This document shows positions 59,701-64,000 of a DNA stretch of 64,000 nt, one piece after another; within the stretch, counting starts at the first letter, position 1, and each line of letters starts with the position of its first letter. The notes beneath the pieces are model-generated. The model did not search any database and was not told the origin of the DNA. It saw only the letters and a program-made list of their open reading frames with translations. A program made the translations under genes and the position numbers. This stretch comes from Schmidtea nova. Taxonomy: Eukaryota. The stretch lies in the NCBI GenBank assembly GCA_044892505.1, contig CM097882.1, positions 106,516,001 through 106,580,000 on the forward strand. The letters run 5' to 3'.

Positions 59701-62700
59701 CATTACTAGAAGTAACAAAGTAGTTTCATTAAAATTAAAATATAAAGAATACATTTATTATTTAAACAAATTCGATATAAAATGTGTTTAGTTTTTAATT
59801 TAGGTTTTATAGTTAGGTAATTTCAGATTGTAATGTAACCATAAATTATGATCTTGTATATATATATTCAATTTTTCATATAAAACATTCCAATTATTTG
59901 ACTCTTGAAGTTGATTATCTTCAGTAAAATGAACCTGAAAAGAAAAATATTTACAAAGTAGTAAGTTAAAAATCTTATATATTGTTCTTAAGCATATAAT
60001 TTAAGTAAAAAATTGTCCTTTAGCTGAATTATAAAGGAAATATGAAATGTAAAATTTAATGAGTTTACAGTTTTTCGAAACAAAAATTTTTTAATTTGTT
60101 AACATTTATTCAATTTTTAAGGAGCAAATATTTACCCAAATAATTCTTAACCAATATGTGTGACCATTACATGAAGAACTTCAAAAACCTTCTGATCTCA
60201 CACTAACGGTGATTTAAATCCGAATTTTGTTCAGAAAATTTATTTAGTACCACACAACTACATTGGCAAAACGTAATCTGGGTGAATTTTTGGACTTATA
60301 TAGCATAGTTGATAAATTTCAATTGGTTAAAATTTTTGAGTAACACAAAACGTCGTGTTGAATATTGAAAAGGATTAGATACTTTGTCAGAGAAAATCAC
60401 TTTGAGATATTGTTTAACGACGAAAACTTTGTATAAATTGTAGTTTCTTTGATATCATCAAATTTTATTTAACAATTTGACACTTCAAGTCACGTGAGAG
60501 CATGCGTGTCTTATTGGTGCTCGATGATAGTTCGAAGCGATTTATCAAGAGGGCGCTATCGAACTATTTCGTTATAAAAATATAAATCCTTCTAACCATA
60601 AGGGTTATTGAACGGAAGCACGTAGACCTCTTGAAAGCACGGGGAAATTTTTGGTCACCAAATATTTTTTTATTTTCAAATATTTTGGTACAAAAACAGT
60701 TAGGTTAGCAAAGAATAGGTTTTAATTCAAAAATTTAAGTTATAGCACCTAAACCAGTATCTCACTACTAAAGATTTTATTTGCGTCCACCAAAAGCGAG
60801 ACACGAAAAACATTTTTGAGAATTCCTTACTGATTCCAAAACGTCAAAGATCTTTTTCGTAGTACCTCTGCAGGGGACTTGTTTCGATTAAGAAAAATTT
60901 TGATAACTTGTTAATATTGTTATTTACCCTGGCTTTGGCACAAATGTGATTTATCGTTGAGCGGTTGACATAAAATTGTTAAGATAATCATATACTACGT
61001 TGATGGAGTCTAGTGATAATTCTTTATTAAGTCGTTTTTGTATAATATAAAAAGATAAAGAATAATGCATGTGATTGTCTTAAAGTTAAAATGACAATCA
61101 ACAAAAATTCATGAAAACTGCATTTGAGATAGTTTTCACTCTAACAATCGCTCGTCAAATTGTTTACAAATAAACAATTGCTTGACTCTCTACTGTACAT
61201 ACATGATTCACACATACCGCATACAGGAATAATGATAATATAAGCCAATATGCAGTATAATTGACTTTTATTTCATGTGTATTACTTAAGTAAATGAAAA
61301 AATCTAAAATAAGACTTTCATCCATGAAAAAAGTAAAAGGTTTTGATGTAATATCTTTACCGTTAATAAAATAGAAGCGCAAATTTACGATGTTTACTTT
61401 TTTGTCATGGTAGGTGCAATAATACTTAAGATACTGTTTTTATAAATATGAAAAGTCGTCGTATTGTGAGGTTGTCTATAACTAGTTTAGTGATAGGCAG
61501 TTAGAATGATTGGATCTTGATTATTAAACATACGGTTTAACCAACATAAAAATTAAAAAAATTAAATTAATATGAGTCTATTGGAAATAGTATAAATTAA
61601 AGATTTATTTTTCATAGTTTAAATATTGAAATTGTACTAGTCCGTGTTAATGAAAGGAAATAGCCCTATTCTGTCTATAAAATTATGATGAAAAAATACA
61701 ATTTGATTAAACCTAGGCGAAATTGTGTCGTATATACAAAATTTTACTGCATTTACAACTGTAAATATATAATTGTCAGGTAGGCACTAATATATGTTAA
61801 GTTCCATTAGCAGTCACTATTATGTACTTTTTTTAGGTTTCTACATATAACGCACATTATTTAAGTGCATTATAAAGCCAAGACCATTCTGAAGTCAAGG
61901 TTATTTTGATGTTAAATTTCAAAACGCAATTACAATAAAAGTTAGAAAACATTATTTTATAGAAATTTAATACATATACTAATAAATTTAAACGTGTTTT
62001 TCTTGTGTGAGTGAATTTGACAAAGGAGACTTTTTACAATATATTATGGTGGATTTTATTGAATTAAAAGTAATTTGCTAACTTCAATATCAGTTAAGTG
62101 AATAAAATTGTACTTTTAATAACAGAATTATCCAAGAAATATAAAGTGTAAATGATTTCAAAAATTAAGAAAAAAAAAGTATATTACTTAATTTGTAAAT
62201 ATCATTGATTATGCAACAAAAAATATTATATTATATAATATTATTATAATATGTTAAATACTCGATTGCGACGTTTTAAGTGTTATGTATTACTTCACTG
62301 TTAAGCAATGAAAAAATTTGGTTCCACTCATAAACGGGGTTATTGTAAAATTATTATGTAATTTGTACAGTTGAAGCATAAATTACTTGTGACATATCGC
62401 TCACTTCGTCAACGAGTTTAAGAGTATGTCAAAAAGAGCGGAAACTGTAATATAATAAAATATATAAGTTAGAAATTGATATTTCCAAATTCCAAATATT
62501 GTCTAGTGGTTTTAAATATTATTATGAACGTGTGAATAGTAAAGCTTTATTTATAAAATAATTTAATACAAAAATAAACATACAGATACAATATTTACAT
62601 GCATTTTGAGTTTTTAATTAATATTACTTAGGTTAATAAGAGTTTTATCGGATTTTGCACATCTGGTTATGTAATCACTAATAAACGTATAGTCAATTTT

Positions 62701-64000
62701 TATTTTATTAAACTTGTTTATAAATTGAAAATGAGATACAGTTGTCGAAATATATTGCAAAAATATTTTTTAAAAAAATGGTGTTTTTTATTTATATTAT
62801 TTAATGGTAACATAATGTTATTTTCATTTTATTGATTTAAACCAACTTCATTTTCTATTAAATGTTCTTAGGTGAACAAAAAACTTATTGGTAACCACAA
62901 TATTCTGGTTTTCTTTAACACTGGATAAAGAGCAATTAAAATTTTAATTGTTTTGTCACTTATTGATAAATAATCCAGTAAATACCAAACAAACTAAAAT
63001 TAATTAAAGCAACTATCATAACGACAAGAGAAAAACAATGTTATTTTATTTCGAACTGCTAAATCTTGCAATGAACATACCACACAAAACCGTAGAAAGA
63101 GTTTAACAAAATGGCATTTACTAAAGTCGTGAAGACCCCTGGGCTGATTTTTTTGATTTCAAATTTAAATATAAATATTGAAGTTAGTACCACGAATAGG
63201 TGTAATGCTTTATTGTAAATTGTGCTCCAATTTTATTATTTAAAAAAATGTGATTATGCATTACTTGCTTTTATTACAATAAATAATTTTCATAAAATTA
63301 ATTCTTTAATTATGGTTTTGACAATCAGTCAATTAAAAAAATATGATATTTTCCAAGTTTGACAAAATAAGTGTTGCAGTTCTGATTACATGAGTGAAAT
63401 TTTATTTTATATTTTTTCGATTTTTATATCGAACAGTGATTAGAATCTGAATATTATTGTTAAACGATAGTTTACATAGCTATTACACATGCGATTAATT
63501 AAGGATAACGATAAATTAAATAAAATTGAAGCTTGATTTGAACAATTGGAATAGATCCGCAAATGGAATATTTTCCATATATATTCTAAAAATATAATTT
63601 ATCTTTGTATTGTCTTATCTATTTTTTCATATTATCTATTTTTAATGAAGTTGATTACTGACATTAAAGGAATAAATATGGTCAAACTTGAGCAGGATTC
63701 TTTTTTAACTAGTTTTTGATACACACCTTAAATAGTTTGATTTATTTTCATTCATATCCGTAAACATTGAGGAACTAGATATAAAATTTTTGAATTCTTC
63801 AAAATTTGACATAATATATTTAGGAAAAAATATTTCAAAGTTCCAATTGATTTTAATACTAACGCATTTTCACAACATTTTTCCATTCGTTTAAAAAAAA
63901 TAATTTATGCTTAAAAAATTAATATAACAATACTGTATGTCAAACTTTCCATATATGTGAAAATATTAAAACATTTCATCATAAAAATAATTTGTATGTA

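Noticed and set aside
58100-64000. Host gene or exons in the final 6 kb (e.g. acceptor at 62370, ORF 61164-61382)
   Set aside because: Frames close within a few dozen codons; composition is that of intron/intergenic DNA.

Overview
AT-rich eukaryotic (most likely invertebrate animal; species not determinable from this window) genomic DNA with three assembly gaps (4531-4954, 8694-8832, 19405-19826). No intact host gene is recognisable. About 1-57 kb is a dense, nested field of mobile-element and viral remnants: (1) a decayed Maverick/Polinton (adintovirus-like) module with a packaging ATPase, a 'GasderminX'-like gene, an intronless TBP-fold gene and a possible SSB (5.06-7.47 kb); (2) an endogenous parvovirus-like element with an NS1 SF3 helicase fragment, an opposite-strand capsid gene with a long N-terminal extension, and two terminal hairpins in flip and flop forms (10.87-14.84 kb), itself hit by two Penelope-like insertions, the larger carrying hammerhead-type motifs; (3) a complete but apparently pol-less Ty3/Gypsy-type LTR element encoding Gag plus ubiquitin-like domains (18240-23960); and (4) at least eleven full or partial copies of an unassigned element superfamily. 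Where ends are visible these are bounded by TGTTGGG...CCCAACA; copies variously carry a CCAAT/TATA promoter, a novel globular ORF (A), a coiled-coil/Arg-rich ORF (B or C) and a 3' non-coding block whose stems show compensatory changes between copies. 58-64 kb is ordinary AT-rich non-coding DNA. All assignments come from reading motifs by eye; no database search or folding computation was run.
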